Shown here piece after piece: positions 56,676 through 64,000 of a stretch of DNA of 64,000 bases. The position numbers and the translations under genes were made by a program. Position 1 is the stretch's first letter, and each line of letters begins with the position of its first letter. The notes beneath the pieces were generated by a model. The model saw nothing but the letters and a program-made list of their open reading frames with translations, did not search any database and was not told the DNA's origin. Source of the DNA: a virus (taxonomy: Duplodnaviria > Caudoviricetes); the IMG/VR virus record IMGVR_UViG_3300009678_000059, positions 10,165 through 74,164 of that record. One strand, 5' to 3'.

Positions 56676-56849
56676 TTAGTTGATTTGTTTGACTTGTATT
56701 GAGTTTTTGCCTCTTTTGATTAATCTGTTTTGATTATTGTGAAGGAATATTTTCAGTGCCGATTCTTTGTTTAATGCTTCAACAATTTCTTCATGGTCCA
56801 CTGCCTCATCACAGTGTTCTACGTAAAAGGTAATTAAAAATCTCTTCAT
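56676..56849 (-). CDS. hypothetical protein
   Basis: ATG 56849 (MKRFLITFYVEH...). Confidence 0.6.
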   Translation of the reverse strand: MKRFLITFYVEHCDEAVDHEEIVEALNKESALKIFLHNNQNRLIKRGKNSIQVKQIN

Positions 56850-56870
56850 ATATGGTGTTTTGGTTCGGAG

Positions 56871-56944
56871 CAAAGATAGGAATGTTTTTTAATTACGCAA
56901 TAATTTAATTTATTTTTTAATTCACATTTATTGTTATATGTTTG
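56871..56944. promoter_or_regulatory. divergent promoter pair
   Basis: Minus: TTG-19 nt-TATCTTTG (56871-56878) toward the recombination genes. Plus: TATGTTTG (56937-56944) toward the integrase island. Confidence 0.75.
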
Positions 56945-56969
56945 CACTGTAAATATAACGAAAAACAAA

Positions 56970-57149
56970 ATGAAAAGAGGTAGAAAAAGCATAGATCCAA
57001 AGGATAAAAAGAAGTCATTCGGGGCATTGGTTCCTGAAAAAGTAATAGATTATTTAGGTAGCGAAACTTGTAAATATGCAGCCGAGGAAGCTGTTATGAA
57101 ATTATATGATAAGACAATTAAGATAAAAAGATTTAACGATAATAATTAA
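56970..57149 (+). CDS. small DNA-binding protein (AT-hook/RHH-like), candidate regulator
   Basis: MKRGRKSIDPKDKK...VPEKVI..LG; first gene after the plus promoter. Confidence 0.55.
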   Translation: MKRGRKSIDPKDKKKSFGALVPEKVIDYLGSETCKYAAEEAVMKLYDKTIKIKRFNDNN

Positions 57150-57175
57150 CCGGATTTCACCAAAACTCAATTACC

Positions 57176-57358
57176 ATGAAAGAAGAAGAAAAAAAAGCAT
57201 TGATAGAAGGGTTCATTAAACTTTCAGCACAACACGCATTTACCATATTTGAACTTTGCGAATTGAAAACTCATATAGAAAGCAAAGTTATTGACTCAAA
57301 AACTGGGAAGACATATCAATATTCATTTAAACTGATAAGCGATGAACCTGAGCTATAA
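57176..57358 (+). CDS. hypothetical protein
   Basis: 60 aa, overlaps the integrase start. Confidence 0.55.
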   Translation: MKEEEKKALIEGFIKLSAQHAFTIFELCELKTHIESKVIDSKTGKTYQYSFKLISDEPEL

Positions 57359-58586
57359 ATGTTATTCGACTAAGAAAAGCAGCAAATTGCTTTTGAGAAT
57401 ATACAGAAAGGATTTTGATTTGTCTGTGGCTTTGGAACTTTCGGTGACTCCTGATATGTGGAGCCAAGAGAATCAGTCATTCAAAGATAATTCGCTGTTG
57501 AATGCTAAGTTATTGGAATTGAAGTTGTCGGTCTTAAATCAATACAACAATGATTATGTTCAGGGAATTTTGATAGACAAAACCTGGCTTCAAAAAACAA
57601 TTGCTTCAGTGTTCAGCCGTCCATCGGAAGAAAAAGGATTAGTTAACCTTGACCACAAAATATATCTGTCTGACTTCAGCAAACACTGGCTTGAAAACAA
57701 GGCTGAGAAATGGAAGGTGTCTCATAATAAAACCATGGGGCTGCAACTGAAGGCTCAGTACGAAAATTTCCTGAAACTTTTGGTGAGATTTGAGGTAAAG
57801 TCCTCGAAAATTGTGATGAAAGACATATCAAGCGATACTATTTACAGCTTTGTGGAATTCATGGAGCAGGAAGGTTATAGTGTGTCTAAGATTGACAGAG
57901 AAGTAGGCAGGTTCCGGTTTATGTGCAATCGCGCTATTGAAGACAATATCAGGATCTCAAATGATTTTCAGAAAAGGATTTTTCTTGACAAAAGACAGGA
58001 TGAGTCGGAAGGTGTTTATCTGAACGAGGATGAACTCGAACAGATATTTAATCTGGATTTGAATAACGACTATCACCTGGAAAACGCAAGGGATAATTTT
58101 ATCATATCGTGTTTCTCAGGAATCAGGGTATCGGATCTTCGAACCAACCTAAATACAGATAATATCAAGGACGGGATTATCTCTGTTAAGACTCAGAAGA
58201 CAGGTCAGTTTACCAAGATACCGGTTCATAATTATGTTAGAATGATTCTAAATAAAAGATTTGGAAATCTGCCTGCTACAACAACAGTTACGGTGTACAA
58301 TAAGCAACTGAAGGAAATTTGCAGGTTGGCCGGGATTGATTCTCAGGTTTACTCAACATTGTGGAACCCAACAACCAAGCGCAAAGAGAAAGGCTACTTT
58401 TTTAAGTGGCAACTGATAAGCTCTCACAAAGGCCGTATCAGCTTTGTTTCTAATCTGAAAGGCAAAGTATCGGATGAAGTTTTGATGTCGGTGGGGGCAT
58501 GGAAAACCAAGGAAATGATGTCGCATTATTCTAAGACGAGCAAGCAGGAATACGCTGATAAACTTAACGAGTATTGGAATGGATGA
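57342..58586 (+). CDS. int: tyrosine recombinase / phage integrase
   Basis: Arm-binding-like N-terminus, SAM-like core, FSGIRVSD (R), K in TQKTG, SSHKGR (H-x-x-R), VGAW (W), HY (Y). Confidence 0.92.
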   Translation: MNLSYKCYSTKKSSKLLLRIYRKDFDLSVALELSVTPDMWSQENQSFKDNSLLNAKLLELKLSVLNQYNNDYVQGILIDKTWLQKTIASVFSRPSEEKGLVNLDHKIYLSDFSKHWLENKAEKWKVSHNKTMGLQLKAQYENFLKLLVRFEVKSSKIVMKDISSDTIYSFVEFMEQEGYSVSKIDREVGRFRFMCNRAIEDNIRISNDFQKRIFLDKRQDESEGVYLNEDELEQIFNLDLNNDYHLENARDNFIISCFSGIRVSDLRTNLNTDNIKDGIISVKTQKTGQFTKIPVHNYVRMILNKRFGNLPATTTVTVYNKQLKEICRLAGIDSQVYSTLWNPTTKRKEKGYFFKWQLISSHKGRISFVSNLKGKVSDEVLMSVGAWKTKEMMSHYSKTSKQEYADKLNEYWNG

Positions 58587-58962
58587 ATTGATGTTTACAT
58601 TCGATCAGTGGGTTAAAAGGCTGTCCAAGAAACAGCCTAAAACCACATTGACTCAGGAACAGTTATTAGCTTTCGAATATATAGTAATGGGATTGGTTCA
58701 ATGGTGGATAGACTCGAATCCAGACAAGGATTTTGAAAAAGACAACGACCTGTCTATGCTGAAAGTATTAAAACTGCATTTTTTTGTTTGTGCAGTGGAT
58801 ACTACAAAAAACAAGGAAGCCCCTTTACTTGATTTGTTTTCGTTTACAGCAATGCCATACGGCCATGTGTGTAAAGAAATATACGACTACATAAGACGCA
58901 AAGGAGAGTTTGATAATTTCATATTAAGCAACAAGGCACTGATACTAAAAAAACCCGTCTAA
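58579..58962 (+). CDS. Panacea/SocA (DUF4065)-like protein
   Basis: LSMLKVLKLHFFV...LLD..F.AMPYGHVCKEIY resembles the Panacea LKL.KLLYY...F.AW.YGPV..E.Y signature. Confidence 0.65.
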   Translation: MDELMFTFDQWVKRLSKKQPKTTLTQEQLLAFEYIVMGLVQWWIDSNPDKDFEKDNDLSMLKVLKLHFFVCAVDTTKNKEAPLLDLFSFTAMPYGHVCKEIYDYIRRKGEFDNFILSNKALILKKPV

Positions 58963-58976
58963 TTAAGCGGGTTTTT
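58947..58976. terminator. bidirectional terminator
   Basis: AAAAAACCCG-TCTAATTAAG-CGGGTTTTT. Confidence 0.85.
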
Positions 58977-59187
58977 CCATTTCTATTAAATCCAGAACCA
59001 CCTTCAGGTTATAACTACTAACATGGTTAGGTATTTCACCTGAGAATCTATACACTCTCAAAGCGTTTGATATGATTTCCCGGACATTGCGACGAAGCAG
59101 GAATGATGCAGGGATGGTTTGTTTTTTTTTAATCAGTTCTTGATATGTCTTTGTTGACATGATGATTTCGGTAGAGAGAGGCTCCAT
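58963..59187 (-). CDS. hypothetical protein (uncertain)
   Basis: 74-aa ORF between two terminators; no clear promoter seen. Confidence 0.4.
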   Translation of the reverse strand: MEPLSTEIIMSTKTYQELIKKKQTIPASFLLRRNVREIISNALRVYRFSGEIPNHVSSYNLKVVLDLIEMEKPA

Positions 59188-59262
59188 ATTGCTGTGTGTT
59201 AGCGTTTATGGAAAATAAAAGTAAACAATTTTTAGTAAGATTTAACGAAAACTTTGTAAATC

Positions 59263-59294
59263 AAAAAAGCCCTACTATCACTAGAGGGCTTTTT
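59263..59294. terminator. bidirectional terminator ending the early operon
   Basis: AAAAAAGCCCT-ACTATCACTAG-AGGGCTTTTT. Confidence 0.85.
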
Positions 59295-59313
59295 ACTTTC
59301 TGTACGTCATGTA

Positions 59314-59676
59314 TTATCGTTTAAATGTTTCCTGAAAGAAACCTGCACTATTGTGAGTTTCCCATTTTAAGGTGTGTTTGTCGATTGATTTTACCTGAAC
59401 TATAAGATATGCCAATCTTGGATTTGTAAACGTGCATTTTAGCTCATTTTTAATAAGCGTATATGTTCCGCTGTCTACAAATGCTCCGTGTTTTGAATTC
59501 CTGACTACTTTGTTGTCCGAGGTGAATTGGTATGTGTCGCTTGATTCTCTTTTTTGACCGTCCAACATTGAGGATTCTATTTTCCAGGTTCCACCGGAAA
59601 TTGTTTCTTCTGAGATTTCATTTGAGCAGTTTGTCATTGTTACTGCGATTACGAGAATTGTAAATAGTTTTTTCAT
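59314..59676 (-). CDS. lipocalin-like lipoprotein
   Basis: Signal peptide ..VTMTNC; I.G.WKI.S (lipocalin GxW), F..D...G.Y.L..N.L. Confidence 0.75.
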   Translation of the reverse strand: MKKLFTILVIAVTMTNCSNEISEETISGGTWKIESSMLDGQKRESSDTYQFTSDNKVVRNSKHGAFVDSGTYTLIKNELKCTFTNPRLAYLIVQVKSIDKHTLKWETHNSAGFFQETFKR

Positions 59677-59680
59677 GATA

Positions 59681-59971
59681 TTACATTTTTTTGAATTTAT
59701 ATTCTAAATCGTCAATTTCGTTTTGCAAAGCAGATAAAGAGTCTTCTATTACGTTAATTAAAACAGCTATTTCAATTGGGTGATCGGTAGTTGTTCTGTT
59801 GATATAATTAGTGTGTTTTTCGTTAGTTTTAACTTTAATATTGATAATGCAGCTTCCGGCGTTATCACTATTAAGACAGTTTAAAGCAAATGTTTTTTCT
59901 TCAAGTTCTTTTTTCTTTTGGTTTATTTTTTGGTGTAATTGTATTGCTTCGTTTAATATTTCTGTATTCAT
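59681..59971 (-). CDS. hypothetical coiled-coil protein
   Basis: 96-aa ORF. Confidence 0.65.
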   Translation of the reverse strand: MNTEILNEAIQLHQKINQKKKELEEKTFALNCLNSDNAGSCIINIKVKTNEKHTNYINRTTTDHPIEIAVLINVIEDSLSALQNEIDDLEYKFKKM

Positions 59972-59983
59972 GAGATTTTATTT

Positions 59984-60181
59984 TTAGTAAGATAAGTTGT
60001 TGAATTGTTTGAATGGGTTGATGTTACTTTCTATTGCTCGAATGCGAACTCCTATTTTTCCGTTTTTATACTTTCGAAGGTTATAGATGCTGCCGATTTT
60101 TTCTTTGAACTCAACGGCTAATTTTAAACTGGTAAACTTTACTGTCTGGAATTTTTTGGATTTCGATTCTTTGCTTTTCAT
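59984..60181 (-). CDS. hypothetical basic protein
   Basis: 65-aa ORF. Confidence 0.55.
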   Translation of the reverse strand: MKSKESKSKKFQTVKFTSLKLAVEFKEKIGSIYNLRKYKNGKIGVRIRAIESNINPFKQFNNLSY

Positions 60182-60208
60182 AGTACGGTTACGGTGGTTT
60201 GTTTGGTT

Positions 60209-60466
60209 TTAAATCAAGTTTTCTAAGTCGTTTAATTTTATTTTTTGAATATTATTAATCAGGAAATCTATTTTCATTTGGTCTAATAAAGACAGTTTTT
60301 GTAATTGTTTAATGTCAGGTCGAAAATCACTTATGAATTCTTCAATGATTTTCTTATCGTTTTTATCGGAATATCTTCCACTATATCTTTTTTCTATTTC
60401 GTCCAGAATATCATCTAAATCGAAATCGTCTAAATCAATATCTATATCTCTGTTAATAGTTGCCAT
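60209..60466 (-). CDS. hypothetical acidic protein
   Basis: DIDIDLDDFDLDDILDEIE. Confidence 0.65.
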   Translation of the reverse strand: MATINRDIDIDLDDFDLDDILDEIEKRYSGRYSDKNDKKIIEEFISDFRPDIKQLQKLSLLDQMKIDFLINNIQKIKLNDLENLI

Positions 60467-60484
60467 GGTAGTTTGTTTTGATTG

Positions 60485-60727
60485 TTAGATTACCGGAATA
60501 TCCAGGGCTTTCATTATTTTTACTATGGTCATAAATGCGACTGACGGCCTGAGTCCTCTTTCTATTTCTGAGATGCTTTTGTTATGGAAAGGATCACCGA
60601 AGGCTTTTTCTGATAATTGGACCAGGGATAGTTTCTGTATTTTCCTTTCGTTCTTTATCATTGTGCCAATGGCCCGGATTTCACGTTCTATTTTGCCTTT
60701 TTCTTTCCTGCTTTGTATTGTTTCCAT
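60485..60727 (-). CDS. XRE-family HTH regulator
   Basis: IG.MIKNER...KLSLVQLSE...ISEIERG.R...F.TIVKI.KALDI. Confidence 0.85.
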   Translation of the reverse strand: METIQSRKEKGKIEREIRAIGTMIKNERKIQKLSLVQLSEKAFGDPFHNKSISEIERGLRPSVAFMTIVKIMKALDIPVI

Positions 60728-60747
60728 TTTGATTTTGAGTTAAAGTC

Positions 60748-60834
60748 CTAGTGACTGAATTTTATTAATAGAGTTGTGAATATCCCGACTGCCAGAATAA
60801 ACCGTATCAGGATGTCAATTGTTGCTTTTTTCAT
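60748..60834 (-). CDS. small membrane peptide (28 aa, not in ORF track)
   Basis: MKKATIDILIRFILAVGIFTTLLIKFSH; ATGA overlap with the upstream ORF. Confidence 0.5.
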   Translation of the reverse strand: MKKATIDILIRFILAVGIFTTLLIKFSH

Positions 60835-60974
60835 GGTTTTGCTTTTATTGGTTGATGAAAATTTTTGTCTTCAGGATCAGTTATTGAATTCCCTTCAATC
60901 GGTTCTCCTGGTTTTGGAATTAATTGTTGTAACAGGAATTTGTTGTGCCTGTCAAAAACCTGCTTTGTATTCAT
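60831..60974 (-). CDS. small protein (47 aa, not in ORF track)
   Basis: MNTKQVFDRHNKFLLQQLIPKPGEPIEGNSITDPEDKNFHQPIKAKP; tightly packed. Confidence 0.45.
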   Translation of the reverse strand: MNTKQVFDRHNKFLLQQLIPKPGEPIEGNSITDPEDKNFHQPIKAKP

Positions 60975-60976
60975 GG

Positions 60977-61051
60977 TTATATGAAGTTAACTATTATCAG
61001 GATTACAATTATTGCGATCCAAATGTATATTTCGAGTGGTTTATTTTTCAT
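60977..61051 (-). CDS. small membrane peptide (24 aa, not in ORF track)
   Basis: MKNKPLEIYIWIAIIVILIIVNFI; start context CCATG as in neighbouring genes. Confidence 0.5.
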   Translation of the reverse strand: MKNKPLEIYIWIAIIVILIIVNFI

Positions 61052-61071
61052 GGCTTTGGTGGTTAGTGGGT

Positions 61072-61368
61072 TTATCGTGAAACTACTTTTTCAATTACAG
61101 ATGTTCCTGTATTAATCATGTTAATAACTTTGCTCCAGTTTTGTTCGTCTGCCTCCCATTCTATTTCTTGCTTATCGTATTCCATTTGCCAATTACTTAA
61201 CGAGTATCCATTACCTGATAATCTAAAATCGCCATGCTCGTTTTTTCTTAATGTAAGTTTCCCAACATTATCGCACATTGCGCTTATGGTAGTGAAAACT
61301 ACTTCTCTGGAATCTTTTTTTACCGACAATAAAGGCTTGTTGTTTCTAAGTGTTTTATATTTTTCCAT
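61072..61368 (-). CDS. hypothetical early protein
   Basis: 98-aa ORF. Confidence 0.65.
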   Translation of the reverse strand: MEKYKTLRNNKPLLSVKKDSREVVFTTISAMCDNVGKLTLRKNEHGDFRLSGNGYSLSNWQMEYDKQEIEWEADEQNWSKVINMINTGTSVIEKVVSR

Positions 61369-61372
61369 GATA

Positions 61373-61570
61373 TTAGATTTTTAAAAATTTGTAGTTGTGC
61401 TTCTTTGATTCAGGATTATTTTTGAAAGAGGATTTCTTTTTTGCTTCGGTTGTGTCCAGGCTGCTGAAGTTGTATTGAGCCAAATCCAGGCCGTTCTTTT
61501 TCCCCCAAAGGAAGAACCTGTTTTTATGGTTTATTGCCGTTCTTCGTGGCCTTATTGATTTTGTCTGCAT
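61373..61570 (-). CDS. hypothetical early protein
   Basis: 65-aa basic ORF. Confidence 0.55.
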   Translation of the reverse strand: MQTKSIRPRRTAINHKNRFFLWGKKNGLDLAQYNFSSLDTTEAKKKSSFKNNPESKKHNYKFLKI

Positions 61571-61572
61571 TG

Positions 61573-61755
61573 TTATTCGTTTATGTAGTTTTCCTCTAAA
61601 TCAACGGTGAATTTCGCGCCTGTTTCTTCATCAATTAAATCATAAACCATCTCTCCGGCCCCTTCTTTTATCCATTCTGATAATTGTTTTGCTGCGTCTA
61701 AAGGATCGTTTCCGCTAATTGCGTTAAATGTCAGTGATATTGTGTAAGTTTTCAT
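61573..61755 (-). CDS. hypothetical early protein
   Basis: 60 aa; A...P.DAA...DEETG..F.VDL. Confidence 0.65.
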   Translation of the reverse strand: MKTYTISLTFNAISGNDPLDAAKQLSEWIKEGAGEMVYDLIDEETGAKFTVDLEENYINE

Positions 61756-61766
61756 GGTATAAATTT

Positions 61767-61988
61767 TTATAAAGTGAATTTAGCTTTTGATTTTGATACT
61801 CTCAGTTCTGATCCTGGGACAGGTATCAATCCGCGGTCTTTCTTTTCTATTGTGACGGTGTAAACTTCGTTTTCCTGCTTTAAATGATAGATAATAGAGT
61901 TTACCTTTCCGCACGTCATTTTTGCATCCATCAGGGCTTTTATGTGCTTTTTGTTGGTCGCTGTTAGGTGTCCTTCAATTGTTTTCAT
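61767..61988 (-). CDS. hypothetical early protein
   Basis: 73-aa ORF. Confidence 0.65.
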   Translation of the reverse strand: MKTIEGHLTATNKKHIKALMDAKMTCGKVNSIIYHLKQENEVYTVTIEKKDRGLIPVPGSELRVSKSKAKFTL

Positions 61989-61993
61989 GGCTT

Positions 61994-62275
61994 TTAGTAT
62001 TTTTCTGGGTTTCCGGTTATTCCTGAAGAAACTAATTCACTTTCTTTTTTAGCGTTATCAACCATGAGGTTAAATTTTTCTATAGCTTTTTCGTAAGTTT
62101 TAAACATACCATTTGAGCAAAACGTGCTTTTTGTGGTTTCGTGTACTGCGTAACTATCACCGTTTGTATAAGGTTTTAATAATCTTATTAAATTTACATG
62201 GCTGCCGTCTTTAAAATTAGCGTATCTAATTAGCGGGCTTTGAAAAACTATTTTAGGTAGTGTTAAGTAACTCAT
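61994..62275 (-). CDS. hypothetical early protein
   Basis: 93-aa ORF. Confidence 0.65.
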   Translation of the reverse strand: MSYLTLPKIVFQSPLIRYANFKDGSHVNLIRLLKPYTNGDSYAVHETTKSTFCSNGMFKTYEKAIEKFNLMVDNAKKESELVSSGITGNPEKY

Positions 62276-62286
62276 GGCTTTTTGAT

Positions 62287-62508
62287 TTATTGGATTTTAA
62301 AAATATATTCGAAAGTCTGTCCTGATTCTTCAACCTGGAATAAGGCTGTTTTGTATTCTTTGAGAGAATGATTCTCAATTTTGAATGCTTTTAATGTTCC
62401 GACTTTAAAGAGTCCGCAAATTGTATCAATTGTGTTTTTTACTTCTTCTGTAGTTGGCACGTTGTTTTTTCTCAGGTCGATGCTTCCGGTGTGGTTTGAA
62501 TTTTCCAT
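62287..62508 (-). CDS. hypothetical early protein
   Basis: 73-aa ORF. Confidence 0.6.
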   Translation of the reverse strand: MENSNHTGSIDLRKNNVPTTEEVKNTIDTICGLFKVGTLKAFKIENHSLKEYKTALFQVEESGQTFEYIFKIQ

Positions 62509-62525
62509 GGTTATTATTTTTTTTA

Positions 62526-62951
62526 TTAATTAAATGTTCCTATGTCGCCTTTGTAGTCGCAAAAGTTTGTCATTAGAAAACCCTGAGAGTTTATTTCCTG
62601 CTCGTATTGTAGAACATCACCTTTGTAAATTGAAAGATACAATTCCGGGTTTTTTTTCGGGGCTTCGTGTCTTATTTGCATGTCGAACATTTGCCCGTTT
62701 TCCAGGGCAATAGTAAATTCACGTTCCCGGTGTGCCTCGTAAACTGTAGATATAACTTTGCAGTCTTTAAATACGTGCTTTTGGAATTCAATATAACTGC
62801 CGTCCTGGTTACTGTCCCATTTTACCGTAAAAGTGTTGGTAGTTGTGGCCTGGATTGTTTTTGGTTTTGGCGAAATGTCCTCGTTTAATGGTTCCGCAGT
62901 GCATGAAGTAAGGGCCAAGGCTATTGATAGGAATGATATAATTTTTTTCAT
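62526..62951 (-). CDS. lipoprotein
   Basis: MKKIISFLSIALALTSC lipobox; beta-rich body. Confidence 0.75.
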   Translation of the reverse strand: MKKIISFLSIALALTSCTAEPLNEDISPKPKTIQATTTNTFTVKWDSNQDGSYIEFQKHVFKDCKVISTVYEAHREREFTIALENGQMFDMQIRHEAPKKNPELYLSIYKGDVLQYEQEINSQGFLMTNFCDYKGDIGTFN

Positions 62952-62958
62952 GGTATAA

Positions 62959-63048
62959 TTATTTAAAGATTTTGTTTAAAACGATTCCGGCAAAAGTGCC
63001 AATTGATAAAAGTGATATTATTAAAAAAATTGCGTCGGGTGTGGTCAT
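62959..63048 (-). CDS. small membrane peptide (29 aa, not in ORF track)
   Basis: MTTPDAIFLIISLLSIGTFAGIVLNKIFK; fills the gap exactly. Confidence 0.55.
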   Translation of the reverse strand: MTTPDAIFLIISLLSIGTFAGIVLNKIFK

Positions 63049-63051
63049 GGT

Positions 63052-63549
63052 TTAAAATCTTTTTCCGTCTTCTGTAAATTCGTATTCGTTAGAAATTAAT
63101 GTTTCTGCTATTGCTTCATCACTAATTAAGTACTCGTATTCGTTTTGTAACATTACAGAGTAATCCTCTAAAATGTTATTTAAAAAATCGTTTTCAATTT
63201 CAATTAATTCTTCCTCGTTGTCTTCTTCTTCTGTTATGTAATTATCAAAAACCGGCTGCCAAACTTCCATAAATGCTTCCGTGGTTTTGTATGTTTCGCA
63301 TTGCTCCCCGTGTTCGTTAAGTATGTTTTGTGATACTTCATTAGCTGATAGCAAAAAATTTCCTTCTGCGTGTCTGTTTCTGTCAAGGTCAAAACTTGTT
63401 ATTTTTAAACCTATTCTTTCCGCGTCTTCGTAGGTTGATTCCCACCATTCAAAATTTACATTTATGTCCTGATTGTCTGCAATTGCAACTTGTTTTGATT
63501 TGTCGCTTAATTCTTCGAAATTGTAAACTGTTGTTTTGATAGTTTTCAT
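63052..63549 (-). CDS. acidic early protein of a widespread phage/plasmid family
   Basis: TTVYNFEELSDKSKQ.AI...WWE..Y.D...IG...Y..L..EYEYL.SDEAI.ETL..NEYEFTEDG. Confidence 0.7.
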   Translation of the reverse strand: MKTIKTTVYNFEELSDKSKQVAIADNQDINVNFEWWESTYEDAERIGLKITSFDLDRNRHAEGNFLLSANEVSQNILNEHGEQCETYKTTEAFMEVWQPVFDNYITEEEDNEEELIEIENDFLNNILEDYSVMLQNEYEYLISDEAIAETLISNEYEFTEDGKRF

Positions 63550-63574
63550 AATTATAAGTTTTAAATATTAGTTT

Positions 63575-63817
63575 TTAGTTGCATTTTAATTCTTCGCCAT
63601 CATTAGACAATTGGCAGAACCTAACAGAGTAAGATTCTTGTATAAAGCAGTTACATTCTTCAAAAAATCCTGGAGTATCTTTGTAATCCTCTTTTTTTGC
63701 GGTCCAACACGTGTCAAACCTTAGTACATCCGAGGCTTTAATTTTGTCTTTTGGATTGTTCTCGTCTCTAAAAATAAGATCTCCTTTTTTGTTGTAATCT
63801 GATAAGTAAGTTTTCAT
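63575..63817 (-). CDS. hypothetical early protein
   Basis: 80-aa ORF. Confidence 0.65.
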   Translation of the reverse strand: MKTYLSDYNKKGDLIFRDENNPKDKIKASDVLRFDTCWTAKKEDYKDTPGFFEECNCFIQESYSVRFCQLSNDGEELKCN

Positions 63818-63848
63818 GGTGATGAGTTTTAAATATTAGTTAAATTTG

Positions 63849-63892
63849 TTCCCTTGTCGGTATCGCTCCGAATCATTTCTTTTGCAAGGGAA
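63849..63892 (-). other. intergenic hairpin with a T-loop-like cap
   Basis: UUCCCUUG-(13 nt)-UCGG[AGCGAUA]CCGA-CAAGGGAA. Confidence 0.5.
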
Positions 63893-63902
63893 TTGTGATT
63901 TA

Positions 63903-64000
63903 TTACTGATTTTCCATCAACCAATCAATCAAAACTTGTTCATCTATTGAGTTGATGGCCTCGTATATACTCATGCTTTCTAAATTACTGTAACTGTTAA
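63903..64000 (-). CDS. 3' end of an ORF entering from beyond the window
   Basis: ...NSYSNLESMSIYEAINSIDEQVLIDWLMENQ*. Confidence 0.5.
   Translation of the reverse strand, partial: NSYSNLESMSIYEAINSIDEQVLIDWLMENQ

Noticed and set aside
57149-59314. attP site near the integrase
   Set aside because: No host sequence is available for comparison and I found no convincing core or arm repeats.
60776-61066. Plus-strand 96-aa ORF
   Set aside because: The region is better explained by three tightly coupled minus-strand small ORFs that match the operon direction.
1-64000. CRISPR or TIGR-like arrays, tRNA/rRNA genes, DGR or reverse transcriptase
   Set aside because: I saw no regularly spaced repeat-spacer array, no complete cloverleaf and no YxDD reverse transcriptase ORF. 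This was a visual scan only; tRNAscan-SE and array finders were not run.

Overview
The window is about 64 kb of an AT-rich tailed-phage (or prophage) genome. The host is almost certainly a Bacteroidota/Flavobacteriaceae member, because TAnnTTTG -7 promoter boxes and Shine-Dalgarno-free A-rich start contexts occur throughout. The plus strand 382-43004 carries the late module: collagen-like and other fibres, a lysis cassette (holin, GH19 endolysin, unimolecular spanin-like lipoprotein), a GroES-like protein, a long terminase with an apparent small-subunit domain fused at its N-terminus, portal, scaffold, major capsid, podovirus-type tail proteins and three ejection proteins. The 5' end of a GroEL-like gene runs off the left edge on the minus strand. 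The minus strand 43046-64000 carries early/middle genes (two DNA-methyltransferase-like proteins, MazG-like, RusA-like, ThyX, a nucleotidyltransferase, a lambda-O-like initiator with 11-bp iterons, ParB-like, SSB, exonuclease, RecT, many small ORFs, three lipoproteins). It is interrupted by a plus-strand island with a tyrosine integrase and a Panacea-like protein. About nine free-standing homing-endonuclease genes are present, and one splits a spike gene. The most striking feature is a set of four antisense cassettes inserted in the late region. Each starts with a TAnnTTTG promoter followed by a two-hairpin RNA leader whose loops are complementary over 7-8 nt, with a different sequence in each copy (a covarying kissing-loop element). 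Each cassette contains an HNH endonuclease and sits back-to-back with a promoter that restarts late transcription. All product calls come from motif recognition by eye; no database searches were run.
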